DNA of 64,000 nucleotides from Candidatus Marinacidobacterales bacterium (lineage in GTDB: Bacteria > Acidobacteriota > Vicinamibacteria > Marinacidobacterales > SMYC01): the NCBI GenBank assembly GCA_965224085.1, contig CBDCYI010000005.1, forward strand, positions 1,376,001 through 1,440,000, read 5' to 3'. Position 1 is the first letter of the stretch. Each line of letters opens with the position of its first letter. The position numbers and the translations under genes were made by a program. The notes under the pieces are model-generated. The model was not told the DNA's origin. It ran no database searches and saw only the letters and a program-made list of their open reading frames with translations. Of the stretch, positions 50,055 through 59,594 are shown piece by piece.

Positions 50055-50489
50055 TTACCCAGACCCTTTGGATTGCGTCGCCCGGCCTTTGAGCGTGCTC
50101 TTTATGTCGGAGAGCGCGTAGAGCCGGCCTTCATCGACCCCGCCACAGAACGTGCGTAGCTCCTTCCAGGCTTCGGGGCTTTCGAGGTTCTCCGACCAGA
50201 ACGGGAACGTGCGGCACTGGCGCGGCCGCGCCGGGTAGACGGTACAGCCGTCCTGCCAAAAGATACAGTCGCCGTTCGGCTTCAGCCGCAGCACGGTGTC
50301 ATTATCCTCGTCTTGGGTCAGATAGCGCTCTTTGAAAGCTCGCGGGCCGAGCTCGACAAGGCGCTCGAGACGCTCGATTTGGGCCGGGCTCACATAGACC
50401 CAACCCGGCTGGGCCGAACGGCAACAGTTGTTGCACTGGTGGCAGGAAAAGCGCAATCCGTCCGAGTACCAAAGCGATTCGCGGGGCAT
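50055..50489 (-). CDS. YkgJ family CxxCxxCC cysteine-cluster protein
   Basis: CHQCNNCC, CIFW, CTVYPARPRQCRTFPFW. Confidence 0.93.
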   Translation of the reverse strand: MPRESLWYSDGLRFSCHQCNNCCRSAQPGWVYVSPAQIERLERLVELGPRAFKERYLTQDEDNDTVLRLKPNGDCIFWQDGCTVYPARPRQCRTFPFWSENLESPEAWKELRTFCGGVDEGRLYALSDIKSTLKGRATQSKGSG

Positions 50490-50511
50490 GTGTGACTATA
50501 ATAGCCGGTTC

Positions 50512-52989
50512 GTGTTTCGGCCCACACTGTTCATTGCAGCGTTTTCCGCTCTTTTCGGTCTCTCTCGTGCGCTCGACGGGTTCTTGCGGTTATTCGTACG
50601 TCAGGATTCCGGAGAACCGTTCCTGCCCGCGCTCGCTCGAAACGCCATCTTCGCCGAGTGGGTCTGGCCTTTTTTGGGGTGGACCACGCTTGGTCTCGCC
50701 GCGGCACTCGGGCTCAGCGCTCTCTTGGCGCGTCGGACCGAACTCGAGCCGGCCGGGATCTTGGCGGTGCTGGCACGCCCCTATTTCACGCTACTCGTTC
50801 CCGTGGGGCTCACCTTCTTGGCCGCGGGCGCGCTCGTGGTGTCGCCGAGCTATCCCTACGGAGCGAATCTCGCGGTGACGCTGGCGCTCGAAGGCGCCTT
50901 CAGAACGCTCCTCACAGCGCTCTTGTTCGTCGGTGTGCTCGTGCATGCGCTCGTCGAGCTGCTCGGTCCTTGGGAGAGACGCCTCGCCACGCTCGGGATA
51001 TTCGGGCTCGCGATGGTCTGCTTTCTCGTGGCAACGCCAGCTCGTTTCTATCAGGCGGGCGTCGGGCAAGGGAACATGCACAAATATGTGCGGATGGCGC
51101 AGAGCGTCGCAGGGTCGGGAACGCTGAATATCGAGCGCGCCGGCGAGAATCCGGACCCGACCATCGCTGGGTTTCTCGGGCATCTTCCCGGGATCGCTTC
51201 GAGCTATGTTCGCGCTTCCACCGATCTTCTCGCCCATCGAGGCGGCGAAGCGAAAGGCACGAAGGTCAACCGCTCGATGTTCCGGAGCATCGAGGGCGGC
51301 ATGTATTACATCAACGCGCCGGGTCCCGGCCTTCTGCTCGTCCCAGCCTATATCGCGGATCGGTATTTGAACCGGTGGTTGGGCGGAGACCGCCAGATCT
51401 TCATCATCGTGTTCTGGCAGCTACTCGGGGCCTTACTCGTTTGCGAAATCGTCGCGTCGGTCGCGACGATGGGCGCTCGACCACCAGGTGTCGTAACGGC
51501 TCTTGCGATGGCACTCGCGGTCCCGTTTCTGTTCTACACTTTTCAAATCTATCCGGAACTTCCCGGCGGGCTGTTTCTTTTGTTCGCCTTTCGCAAGCTG
51601 GTGCTCGACCCGGCGCCCACGGGAGGCGCGGTCTTCGCCGGCGCGTTAGCGCTCGCGTTGCTACCGTGGCTCCATCAAAAGTACTCGGTCGCGTCAGCCG
51701 TGCTCGGGATCCTCGCCGGGTTGAGACTTCTTCGATCGTCGCCCGGCGGTCGGTCGCGTCCTCATCTTTACAAATTCGTTTTGTTGGGGCTTCCTCTCGC
51801 GATCTCGGCCTATTCCATTTTCCTCTACAATCACGCGCTCACCGGGAGCTTGTCGCCGACAGCGACTTTCAGCGCCGCGGAGCGCTCTTCGTTCGAGCCG
51901 TGGAACTTTTTCAAAGGTCTTTCGGGTCTTCTGCTCGATCGCGAGAACGGATTTCTCATCTTCGCGCCGATTTACGTCTTTGCTCTCGTCGGCTTGCAGG
52001 CGTTTTTCTTACGACACCGTCGGATTTTCACTCCGTTCCTCCTCGTCGTCGCCTCCTACATCGTAGTCATCGCTTCCTTTCCTCACTGGCCGGGCGCCGT
52101 GAGCACGATGGGACGCTACATACTCAGTATCCTCCCGCTGCTCGCGCTTCCCATAGCCCTCGTCGTTGGCCGAGGCTTCACCGACGGCGTGCTCGCGGGG
52201 GTGGGCGCGACGCTGCTCGCGGGAACACTGTCTTATAGCGCGAGCTTCATTCGAGATCTCATCCCGAGCTACCAACCGCCAATGTTCTGGGGTCGGGTTC
52301 TTTATAGCGATCCGAACCAATACTTGCCGTCATTTCTCAGCGATGGGTTCCTTGGCTCGGGCCCGGCGCATTTTCCCAAGTTTCTCATACTCGTCGTGGC
52401 CATCGGTGCGCTCGTCTACTGTCTTCGCGACCGTGTTTATGAAGAACCTTTCTCCGTCGAAGCGGAAGCTGCGGCGTACCACCGGCGCGCGTGCTTGGGT
52501 GCGGGTGCCGTCTTGATCGCGCTGATCGCAGCCGGCATCCTTCTAGAACACTGGCCCGGAAACGCGTCGGAGAAAACCGAGCCTCTGTTTCGGGAAACGC
52601 GCGTGCTTCGAGGCGGAGAAAGGCTGTCGGTGTTTGGCGAACATGGCTTCGAAAGCGGTGGCGTGTGGGTCCCGGGAGGCGGAAAAACGAACTTTCTCTT
52701 GCTCGCGGACAAGCAGCTTTCAGAAATCACGCTGCGTTTGAAGAACGGACCCGTGCCCAATACGGTCACGTTTCGCGAGCGCCGCGAGGCGAAGCAGAGC
52801 CTGGTGCTTCCGTCCGAAGGACCGCACAGCCGGCCAGTGCTCTTGAGAAAACCCTACCGCTTCGACGGCAAAAATGGGGAGCGATTTCTGTACCGGTTCC
52901 AGGTGCACTCGTCGGGAAGCTTCGTCCCACGAGAACAAGGCACATCCGACGATGGGAGGAATCTCGGTACATTCGTGAGGCTAAGATGA
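50512..52989 (+). CDS. Large polytopic membrane protein, GT-C-like (start uncertain)
   Basis: Many TMs; [31 protein letters not shown] motifs; soluble C-terminal domain; ATGA overlap with rnhA. Confidence 0.7.
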   Translation: MFRPTLFIAAFSALFGLSRALDGFLRLFVRQDSGEPFLPALARNAIFAEWVWPFLGWTTLGLAAALGLSALLARRTELEPAGILAVLARPYFTLLVPVGLTFLAAGALVVSPSYPYGANLAVTLALEGAFRTLLTALLFVGVLVHALVELLGPWERRLATLGIFGLAMVCFLVATPARFYQAGVGQGNMHKYVRMAQSVAGSGTLNIERAGENPDPTIAGFLGHLPGIASSYVRASTDLLAHRGGEAKGTKVNRSMFRSIEGGMYYINAPGPGLLLVPAYIADRYLNRWLGGDRQIFIIVFWQLLGALLVCEIVASVATMGARPPGVVTALAMALAVPFLFYTFQIYPELPGGLFLLFAFRKLVLDPAPTGGAVFAGALALALLPWLHQKYSVASAVLGILAGLRLLRSSPGGRSRPHLYKFVLLGLPLAISAYSIFLYNHALTGSLSPTATFSAAERSSFEPWNFFKGLSGLLLDRENGFLIFAPIYVFALVGLQAFFLRHRRIFTPFLLVVASYIVVIASFPHWPGAVSTMGRYILSILPLLALPIALVVGRGFTDGVLAGVGATLLAGTLSYSASFIRDLIPSYQPPMFWGRVLYSDPNQYLPSFLSDGFLGSGPAHFPKFLILVVAIGALVYCLRDRVYEEPFSVEAEAAAYHRRACLGAGAVLIALIAAGILLEHWPGNASEKTEPLFRETRVLRGGERLSVFGEHGFESGGVWVPGGGKTNFLLLADKQLSEITLRLKNGPVPNTVTFRERREAKQSLVLPSEGPHSRPVLLRKPYRFDGKNGERFLYRFQVHSSGSFVPREQGTSDDGRNLGTFVRLR

Positions 52990-53414
52990 AACGCGTAACG
53001 ATTTATACGGATGGGGCCTGCGAAGGGAACCCAGGGCCCGGTGGCTTCGCCGCCATCATCGAAGCAGAGGGCGAAACGAGAGATGTCACTGGCGGCGAGC
53101 CCCGTACGACGAACAACCGTATGGAGCTCAAAGCGGTGATCGCCGGGCTAGAGGCGCTCGACGAAACGTCTCGAGTGCGTATTGTGACGGATTCTCAATA
53201 CGTCGCGAAGGGCATGACGAGCTGGATCCATGGCTGGCGCCGCAAGGGGTGGAAAACCGCTTCCGGCACCCCAGTCAAAAACCGCGAGCTCTGGGAAGCG
53301 CTCGACGCGCTCGCCAAACGCCACCGAGTCGAATGGGAGTGGGTGCGCGGTCATGATGGCCACCCCGGCAATGAGCGCGCCGACACCCTAGCCAAAGAAG
53401 CCGTCCCGCGCTGA
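52986..53414 (+). CDS. rnhA: Ribonuclease HI
   Basis: [45 protein letters not shown]. Confidence 0.98.
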   Translation: MKRVTIYTDGACEGNPGPGGFAAIIEAEGETRDVTGGEPRTTNNRMELKAVIAGLEALDETSRVRIVTDSQYVAKGMTSWIHGWRRKGWKTASGTPVKNRELWEALDALAKRHRVEWEWVRGHDGHPGNERADTLAKEAVPR

Positions 53415-53419
53415 CGCTT

Positions 53420-53944
53420 CTATGGGAGATTCGCCATCGCGCGGGCCGCGAGATCCACGACTTGCGCTTCTTCCGCGGACGGAGAACTCACTTCCAGGAC
53501 GTCCCCGCCGCGAAAGGCGCGCACCATGTGATCCTCAGCGACATACATAGCCCAATCGCCCGGAACGCCTTCGACGGTATGGTACTCCTCGCGCGGCGGA
53601 TCCTCTCCGCCAAACTCCTCGCCAAAATCGGCCACGAACTCGTCGAACGAGTCGAGCCCCGCGCGCTCGAGCGTCATTACGACCAAGCTTCCCGAGCCAT
53701 CCGCTGCGCCCCACGTACATTGGCCTTTACCCTCGTCGCCACTTGCGGGCTCGCCCGCGGCTGTGCCTAGCGCCGCTTCGATGTCGGCACTCGTTAGGAG
53801 CGCACACATGTCGGCACGCGGCGGCGCACTCGGAGCGGCCGGCTCTGCGCCGCCCGTGGACTCACCACCGCCGCTGCAACCCAGACTGACGATGGAGACT
53901 ACGACCAGGATGTAGATCGGTTTCGGTAATATCGAGAATCTCAT
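53420..53944 (-). CDS. Lipoprotein of unknown function
   Basis: SLGC lipobox; DMCALLT...QCTW cysteine pair reminiscent of DUF3558. Confidence 0.7.
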   Translation of the reverse strand: MRFSILPKPIYILVVVSIVSLGCSGGGESTGGAEPAAPSAPPRADMCALLTSADIEAALGTAAGEPASGDEGKGQCTWGAADGSGSLVVMTLERAGLDSFDEFVADFGEEFGGEDPPREEYHTVEGVPGDWAMYVAEDHMVRAFRGGDVLEVSSPSAEEAQVVDLAARAMANLP

Positions 53945-54027
53945 AGCCCCGCTAGCTTAGCCCGAGTCCGGCCGAAGGGATAGCCATTTACCTGGCGGCG
54001 TCGTGCGCCACTCCAGAGGAGCGGCAA

Positions 54028-55962
54028 CTAGCAGAATGCCGCGGCTTTTTGGGCCAGCTCTTCCCACTCCTCGTAGAGAGCTTTGAGTTCGGCTTTCAGG
54101 TCTTCGCGTGTCTTGACGACCTGGGCGGCCGCCTCGTCATCGTCGTAGAAACCCGGCACCGACATGCGGCCTTCTAGACTGTCGATGCCAATCTCGGTTT
54201 CGGAGATCGTCATCTCGATCTCTTCGAGCCTGTCTTGGATCTCTCTCGCTTTGTTCTTGGAGACTGTTTTTCTCGTGGCCTCGGGCGCTTTTGACGGGAC
54301 GGGCTCCTCGATCTTCTCTTTCTTTACTCGAGTCGGGGGCTCGAGCTTCTTCGGCTCGAGCTGGGCTTGTTTCGCGCGCAGGAAATCCGGATAGCCTCCC
54401 CAGTGCACTTGTATGTGGCCGTCGGCAATCTCCGCGACTTTGGTCGAGAGTTGATCGAGGAGGTAACGATCGTGCGAGACGAAAACGAGCGTTCCTCGAT
54501 AAGCCCGGAGCGCATCGAGAAGGATTTCTTTCGAATCGAGGTCGAGATGGTTTGAAGGCTCGTCGAGGAGTAGAACGTTCGCAGGACGAAGCAGCATGCG
54601 CGCGAGCGCGAGACGGCTCTTCTCGCCACCGGAGAGCACTTGGACTTTCTTGTCGACGTCATCGCCGTGGAAGAGAAAAGCACCCAAAAGACTTCGCAGT
54701 CTCGGGATCATTTCGGTGGGAGCGCCGTCTGTCATGTTCTCGAGCACGGTGCGCTCTTCGTCGAGGTCGTAGCGATCTTGGCTGAAGTACCCCGTCTTGA
54801 CGTTATGTCCGAGACGAAGCTTTCCAGAGTCGACCGGTTCGGTCTCCGAGAGCAAGCGCATGAGCGTGGACTTTCCGACACCGTTCGGTCCGACGAGAGC
54901 CATGCGCTCTCCACGCTCGATGAGAAGGCTTGCTCCGGTGAAGACATGATTATCGCCGTAGCTCTTGTTCATGTTCTCGAGCTCGATCACGACGCGACCC
55001 GAGCGCTCGACTTCCGGTAGCCGAAGCCGCATCAGCTTGCGTTCCGGAGGGATGTCGATCTTCTCTATCTTCTCGAGCATCTTGACACGGCTTTGAACTT
55101 GCTTTGCCTTCGTCGCCTTGTAGCGAAATTTGTTGATGAAGCGCTCGGTCTTCTCGATTTCTTCTTGCTGGCGCGCGGCTTTCGCGCGAAGCTCCGCGAG
55201 TGTGTTTGCCCGCGTCTTGATGAACGTGCTGTAGTTACCGGTGTAGTCGACGAGTCGCCGGCGCTCGATGTCGGTAATTCGCGTGACGACCTGGTCGATG
55301 AAATAGCGGTCATGGGAGACGAGCACGATCGCGTGCGGGTAGTTGGCCAGGTAGCCCTCGAGCCAATTGCGGGCTTCGAGGTCGAGATGATTGGTGGGCT
55401 CGTCGAGAAGGAGAAGATTCGGCTGCGACAAAAGAAGCTTGGCGAGCGCGATGCGCATTTGCCATCCGCCGCTGAACGTTTCCGTGGGGGTGTCGAGTTC
55501 TTCTGTCTTGAAACCGAGGCCGAGAAGAACTTCTTCCGACCGGCTTTCGATGCTGAAGCCGCCGCGCCGATCCCACTCCTCGCGGCACTCGCCGTAGCGC
55601 TCGAGAACCCGCCTGTGCTCAGCGCTCTCGACATCGGTAGCACCCATCTGCTCTTCGAGCGCCTTCATCTCTTCGCCGATGGCGAGAAGTTTTTCAAACG
55701 CGGTGAGCGTTTCTGCTCGAAGAGTGTTGCCGCTATGGACGAGCCCTTCCTGCGGGAGATAGCCCACTGTCGTGCCGCGTGGGGTCGTGACTTTCCCGCT
55801 ATCGGCCGATTCGCTGCGCACGAGCATGCGCAAGAGCGTCGTCTTACCCGATCCGTTCGGGCCGGCAAGGCCGACGCGCTCGCCGTGGGACACTTTCCAC
55901 GTGACGTCCTCGAACAGAACGCGGCCGGCGTAAGCTTTGGTAAGGCTTTGGATTTGAAGCAT
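54028..55962 (-). CDS. ABC-F family ATPase
   Basis: Two ABC domains (GPNGSGKT/FSGGW/DEPTNHLD; GPNGVGKS/LSGGE), linker, coiled-coil tail, no TMs. Confidence 0.96.
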   Translation of the reverse strand: MLQIQSLTKAYAGRVLFEDVTWKVSHGERVGLAGPNGSGKTTLLRMLVRSESADSGKVTTPRGTTVGYLPQEGLVHSGNTLRAETLTAFEKLLAIGEEMKALEEQMGATDVESAEHRRVLERYGECREEWDRRGGFSIESRSEEVLLGLGFKTEELDTPTETFSGGWQMRIALAKLLLSQPNLLLLDEPTNHLDLEARNWLEGYLANYPHAIVLVSHDRYFIDQVVTRITDIERRRLVDYTGNYSTFIKTRANTLAELRAKAARQQEEIEKTERFINKFRYKATKAKQVQSRVKMLEKIEKIDIPPERKLMRLRLPEVERSGRVVIELENMNKSYGDNHVFTGASLLIERGERMALVGPNGVGKSTLMRLLSETEPVDSGKLRLGHNVKTGYFSQDRYDLDEERTVLENMTDGAPTEMIPRLRSLLGAFLFHGDDVDKKVQVLSGGEKSRLALARMLLRPANVLLLDEPSNHLDLDSKEILLDALRAYRGTLVFVSHDRYLLDQLSTKVAEIADGHIQVHWGGYPDFLRAKQAQLEPKKLEPPTRVKKEKIEEPVPSKAPEATRKTVSKNKAREIQDRLEEIEMTISETEIGIDSLEGRMSVPGFYDDDEAAAQVVKTREDLKAELKALYEEWEELAQKAAAFC

Positions 55963-55969
55963 TTCTCAC

Positions 55970-55999
55970 AAAAAAAAGGCCCGGCCCTCGCGAGCCGGG
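55970..55999 (-). terminator. Terminator-like hairpin + U8 immediately upstream of the ABC-F start codon
   Basis: Minus strand CCCGGCT-CGCGAG-GGCCGGG-CC-TTTTTTTT, 7 nt before the ATG. Confidence 0.5.
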
Positions 56000-56047
56000 A
56001 CGTTCCTAAAATATAATAGCGTGAAAACGGAGAAGCGAAGGCCAGAT

Positions 56048-59000
56048 ATGAGACAATCTCTGCAAGTCGTTGCCCTGACGCTGTTTACAGTGGGCGCTGG
56101 GCTCCCTATCGCGCCCCCAGCAACACGGACCGCCCAGCGCGCCGAAGCTTCCGCCCAGGCTAATCGCGGCGTCGCCCTGCTCGAACAATTTCGCTTTACC
56201 GAAGCCATCGATGCGTTCGAAGCTGTCGTGGCGCTCGAGCCGAATGAGGCGGCCGGACACATCAACCTCGGGATCGCCTATTTCAACGAACGCGACTTCG
56301 ACAAAGCCCTCGAGTCGTTCGAGCGGGCCCGCGAGCTCGATGCCTCGAGTCCCTACGTTCACTACAACCTCGGGCTCGTTTACAAGCTGCAGGGTGAAAC
56401 AGAGGAGGCGGTGGCGGCGTTTACGCGCGTGCTCCCGATCGATCCGGTCGACTCGATGACGCATTACTATCTCGGTACGCTCTACGCCAATCTTGGTCGC
56501 CTCGAGGACGCAGAGACCACTTTGCGGCGCACGATCGAGCTCCAGCCGAACAACGAGTCCGCCCATTTCAGCCTCGGGAATATTCTCATCCGACAAGGAC
56601 GGCGTGACGAGGGGCGCGCCGAGCTTCGTGTTTTTCAAGATCTGAAGAAAAATTTTCCGGGAGAGGGGACGTCGGCGGGCCTCCAATATACTGAGCTCGG
56701 AAAATATGCCGAAGCCGTGGAAGTAGTCCAGGATCAGCTTCAACCCATGACTCCGGAACGCACCACCGAGACTTCACTTCGTTTCACCGAAACGACCTCC
56801 GACGCCGGTCTTTCCCTCCCAGCGCTCGAAGCTCACAGTGCACTTCCCGAACGCCTCGACGTTTCCGAGTACACACTCGAGTGGATACGGGGTAAAGCGC
56901 TCCCCCGGCTCGGGACCGGTCTTGCCTTTCGGGATCTCGATGGCGATGACGATCCCGATATGCTGTTCGTCAAAAGCGGAGCTCCGGTTTTTTTGAGAAA
57001 CACGAATGGTCGTTTCGAAGCGCTCGACGCGACCGGGCTTCCCCAGGAAGGCCATTTCGTCGGCGTCGTCGTGGGCGACGTGGACAACGATCTCGACGGA
57101 GACGTCTACCTCACGGGCGCAGGGCCGAACGCGCTCTTCCTCAATGACGGCAGAGGACGTTTCACGCCATCCGAAGACGAAACCGTTCAAAGCGACGACG
57201 TGTCGGTGAGCGCTACTTTTGCCGATGTCGATCACGACGGCGACCTCGATCTCTACGTCGCGAACTACCTTTCTCAGAAAGCGCCGCCAAACGTCGACGT
57301 GCTCGTACTGCCGGACGATCTTCCTGGAGCGCCCAATCGTATGTATCAGAATAACGGCGACGGATCGTTTACCGAGATTTCAGCGGAGACCCGTACCGAT
57401 GGTGGCGCGCGCCGAAGCCTCGGGACGGTCTTTTCCGATCTCGACAACGATCGCGACATCGATTTCGTCGTCGTCAATGATGGAGCGCCCGCGCTCGCAT
57501 TCTCGAACGATCGTGTCGGGACTTTTACGGAGAGCTCTCGGGTTTGGGGACTCGAGACGAGCTCGCGGATGCGCGGGCTGGATGCGGCGGATTTCGATCG
57601 GGATGGCAGCTTCGATCTGTTCCTGACATCCGAAGGCGCTGCGTTGAACAGTCTCTTGCGAGGACCGGCCCAGGGCGGGTTCCGACCCGACGTGCTCTCA
57701 CCCGGACTTCTCGCCGCGGGTTCGCCGGGGGCGCGCTATGGAGTGAGCTTCGTCGATGCAGACAACGACGGCGATTTGGATCTGCTCGTTGTCGTCAACG
57801 AAGCGGAGGCGCTTGCTATTTATTATGAGAACACGCCGAACGGCTACGTCCGTGCTCTATCACTTCAAGCAGCGGTGGAGGGAGAAGGGCGCGCTTTGGC
57901 ACTTGCCGATGTGGACGCCGACGGTGATGTGGACGTGGTCGTCGCCACGGACCTCGGAGAGCTCGTCTATTTTCGCAACGACGGCGGCAACGAAAAGGGC
58001 TTCCTCCGCATCCGGGCGCGCGGACTGCGCAGCAATCTCGATGGACTCGGAGCAAAAGTCGAGGTCAAAGCGGGCGCGGCCGGTACCAAGCGCGAGGTGC
58101 GCTCCTCGAGCGGCTATTTCTCGCAGAACGAGCTCCCGCTTCATTTCGGTCTCGGAGACAGCCCGCGCGCGGACTACGTACGTTTTCTCTGGCCGGGAGG
58201 CGTCAAGCAAATCGAGATGGAGCTCGAGAGCGGTCAAACGGCTTCAATCGAGGAGCTCAACCGCAAGGGCACGTCGTGCCCGATTCTCTATGCTTGGGAT
58301 GGCGAGAAAATCCGATTCGTTACGGACTTTCTCGGAGGGAGCGCGCTCGGATATCTCCACGCTCGGAACAAGTACAACTATCCCGATACGGCCGAGACCG
58401 TCAAGATGGAGTCCTTCCCTCTCGTCGCTCGCGACGGGCGCTTCGAGATGCGCTGGGTCAATCAGCTCGAAGAAGTCCTCATCTACGATCGGGCTTCCCT
58501 TGTCGTCGTCGACCATCCCAAGGAGTTCGAAGTGTTCCCGAACGAGCGCCTCATGCCGGGGCCCCCTTTTCCCGATGACCGTCTTTACGCCGTGGCGGAG
58601 ATGCGCGTGCCGGAGGGCGCCGTCGACCATCGAGGCAAAGATGTCAGTGCCCTCATCGCGGAGAAGGATCGCCTCTATCCCGACGGCTTCGATCTTCTCG
58701 AGCTCAAAGGCTACGCGGAACAGCATGCGTTGGTGCTGGACCTAGGTGCTCTCGAGCCCGACGAGAGCTACGTGCTGCTCTTATATGGCTGGGTCGACTA
58801 TGCCGATTCGAGCTCGAACCTCGCTGCATCCCAAGCGGGCGTCACTTTGGTGACGCCTTATCTCGAAGTCGGCGACGCTGCGGGAAATTTCGAATTGGGT
58901 CTTCCACAAATGGGCTTTCCCGCGGGGCTGCCAAAGACCATGCTCGTCGACCTCTCAGGTCTCGTGACGCCCGAGAAGAATCGCGTGCGTATCACCACGA

Positions 59001-59590
59001 GCATGCGCCTTTATTGGGATCAGATCCTCGTGGCCAGGCGCGTCGCGACTGAGACTGCGACTGAGACAGAGAATGCCCGGTGGCGGGTGACGGAGCTCGA
59101 CCCCGCGAGCGCGGATTTGAGATTCACCGGCTACCCGGCGCCCTTCAACCCGGACGGCCGGGCCCCATCCCTCTATACCTATGATCGAATTCTGGAGACG
59201 GAGCTCTGGGGCGCCCACGAAGGCTACTACACGCGCTACGGTGACGTGCGTCCTCTCGTCGCCGCCATCGATGATCAATACGTCATCACCCATCACGGTG
59301 ACGAGCTTCGTTTGACGTTCGAGGCGTCAGAGCTTCCAGAGCTTCCCGATGGCTGGACGAGAAGCTTTCTCGCCTTCGCAGACGGCTTCGGAAAGGACAT
59401 GGATCTCAACTCGGCGCGGCCCAATCGCATCGAGCCTCTGCCGTTTCACGGTATGACGTCTTATCCGTATCCCGAAAACGAGTCGTTCCCGGATTCCGAG
59501 CTTCATCGCCAGTACAACATGCGCTATGTTGGTCCGGATGCGGCCAACCCGTTTGCAACGCGCCCAAAGTCAGGGACGTCTGTTCAGTAG
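56048..59590 (+). CDS. TPR + FG-GAP/VCBS + ASPIC/UnbV protein with extra C-terminal domain
   Basis: N-terminal TPRs, DxDxDGDxD repeats, LHFGLG, then KGTSCPILYAWDG domain of about 440 aa. Confidence 0.9.
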   Translation: MRQSLQVVALTLFTVGAGLPIAPPATRTAQRAEASAQANRGVALLEQFRFTEAIDAFEAVVALEPNEAAGHINLGIAYFNERDFDKALESFERARELDASSPYVHYNLGLVYKLQGETEEAVAAFTRVLPIDPVDSMTHYYLGTLYANLGRLEDAETTLRRTIELQPNNESAHFSLGNILIRQGRRDEGRAELRVFQDLKKNFPGEGTSAGLQYTELGKYAEAVEVVQDQLQPMTPERTTETSLRFTETTSDAGLSLPALEAHSALPERLDVSEYTLEWIRGKALPRLGTGLAFRDLDGDDDPDMLFVKSGAPVFLRNTNGRFEALDATGLPQEGHFVGVVVGDVDNDLDGDVYLTGAGPNALFLNDGRGRFTPSEDETVQSDDVSVSATFADVDHDGDLDLYVANYLSQKAPPNVDVLVLPDDLPGAPNRMYQNNGDGSFTEISAETRTDGGARRSLGTVFSDLDNDRDIDFVVVNDGAPALAFSNDRVGTFTESSRVWGLETSSRMRGLDAADFDRDGSFDLFLTSEGAALNSLLRGPAQGGFRPDVLSPGLLAAGSPGARYGVSFVDADNDGDLDLLVVVNEAEALAIYYENTPNGYVRALSLQAAVEGEGRALALADVDADGDVDVVVATDLGELVYFRNDGGNEKGFLRIRARGLRSNLDGLGAKVEVKAGAAGTKREVRSSSGYFSQNELPLHFGLGDSPRADYVRFLWPGGVKQIEMELESGQTASIEELNRKGTSCPILYAWDGEKIRFVTDFLGGSALGYLHARNKYNYPDTAETVKMESFPLVARDGRFEMRWVNQLEEVLIYDRASLVVVDHPKEFEVFPNERLMPGPPFPDDRLYAVAEMRVPEGAVDHRGKDVSALIAEKDRLYPDGFDLLELKGYAEQHALVLDLGALEPDESYVLLLYGWVDYADSSSNLAASQAGVTLVTPYLEVGDAAGNFELGLPQMGFPAGLPKTMLVDLSGLVTPEKNRVRITTSMRLYWDQILVARRVATETATETENARWRVTELDPASADLRFTGYPAPFNPDGRAPSLYTYDRILETELWGAHEGYYTRYGDVRPLVAAIDDQYVITHHGDELRLTFEASELPELPDGWTRSFLAFADGFGKDMDLNSARPNRIEPLPFHGMTSYPYPENESFPDSELHRQYNMRYVGPDAANPFATRPKSGTSVQ

Positions 59591-59594
59591 CCGG

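Noticed and set aside
52491-52985. Long N-terminal extension of RNase HI
   Set aside because: Overlaps the upstream membrane-protein gene; the true start is the ATG at 52986
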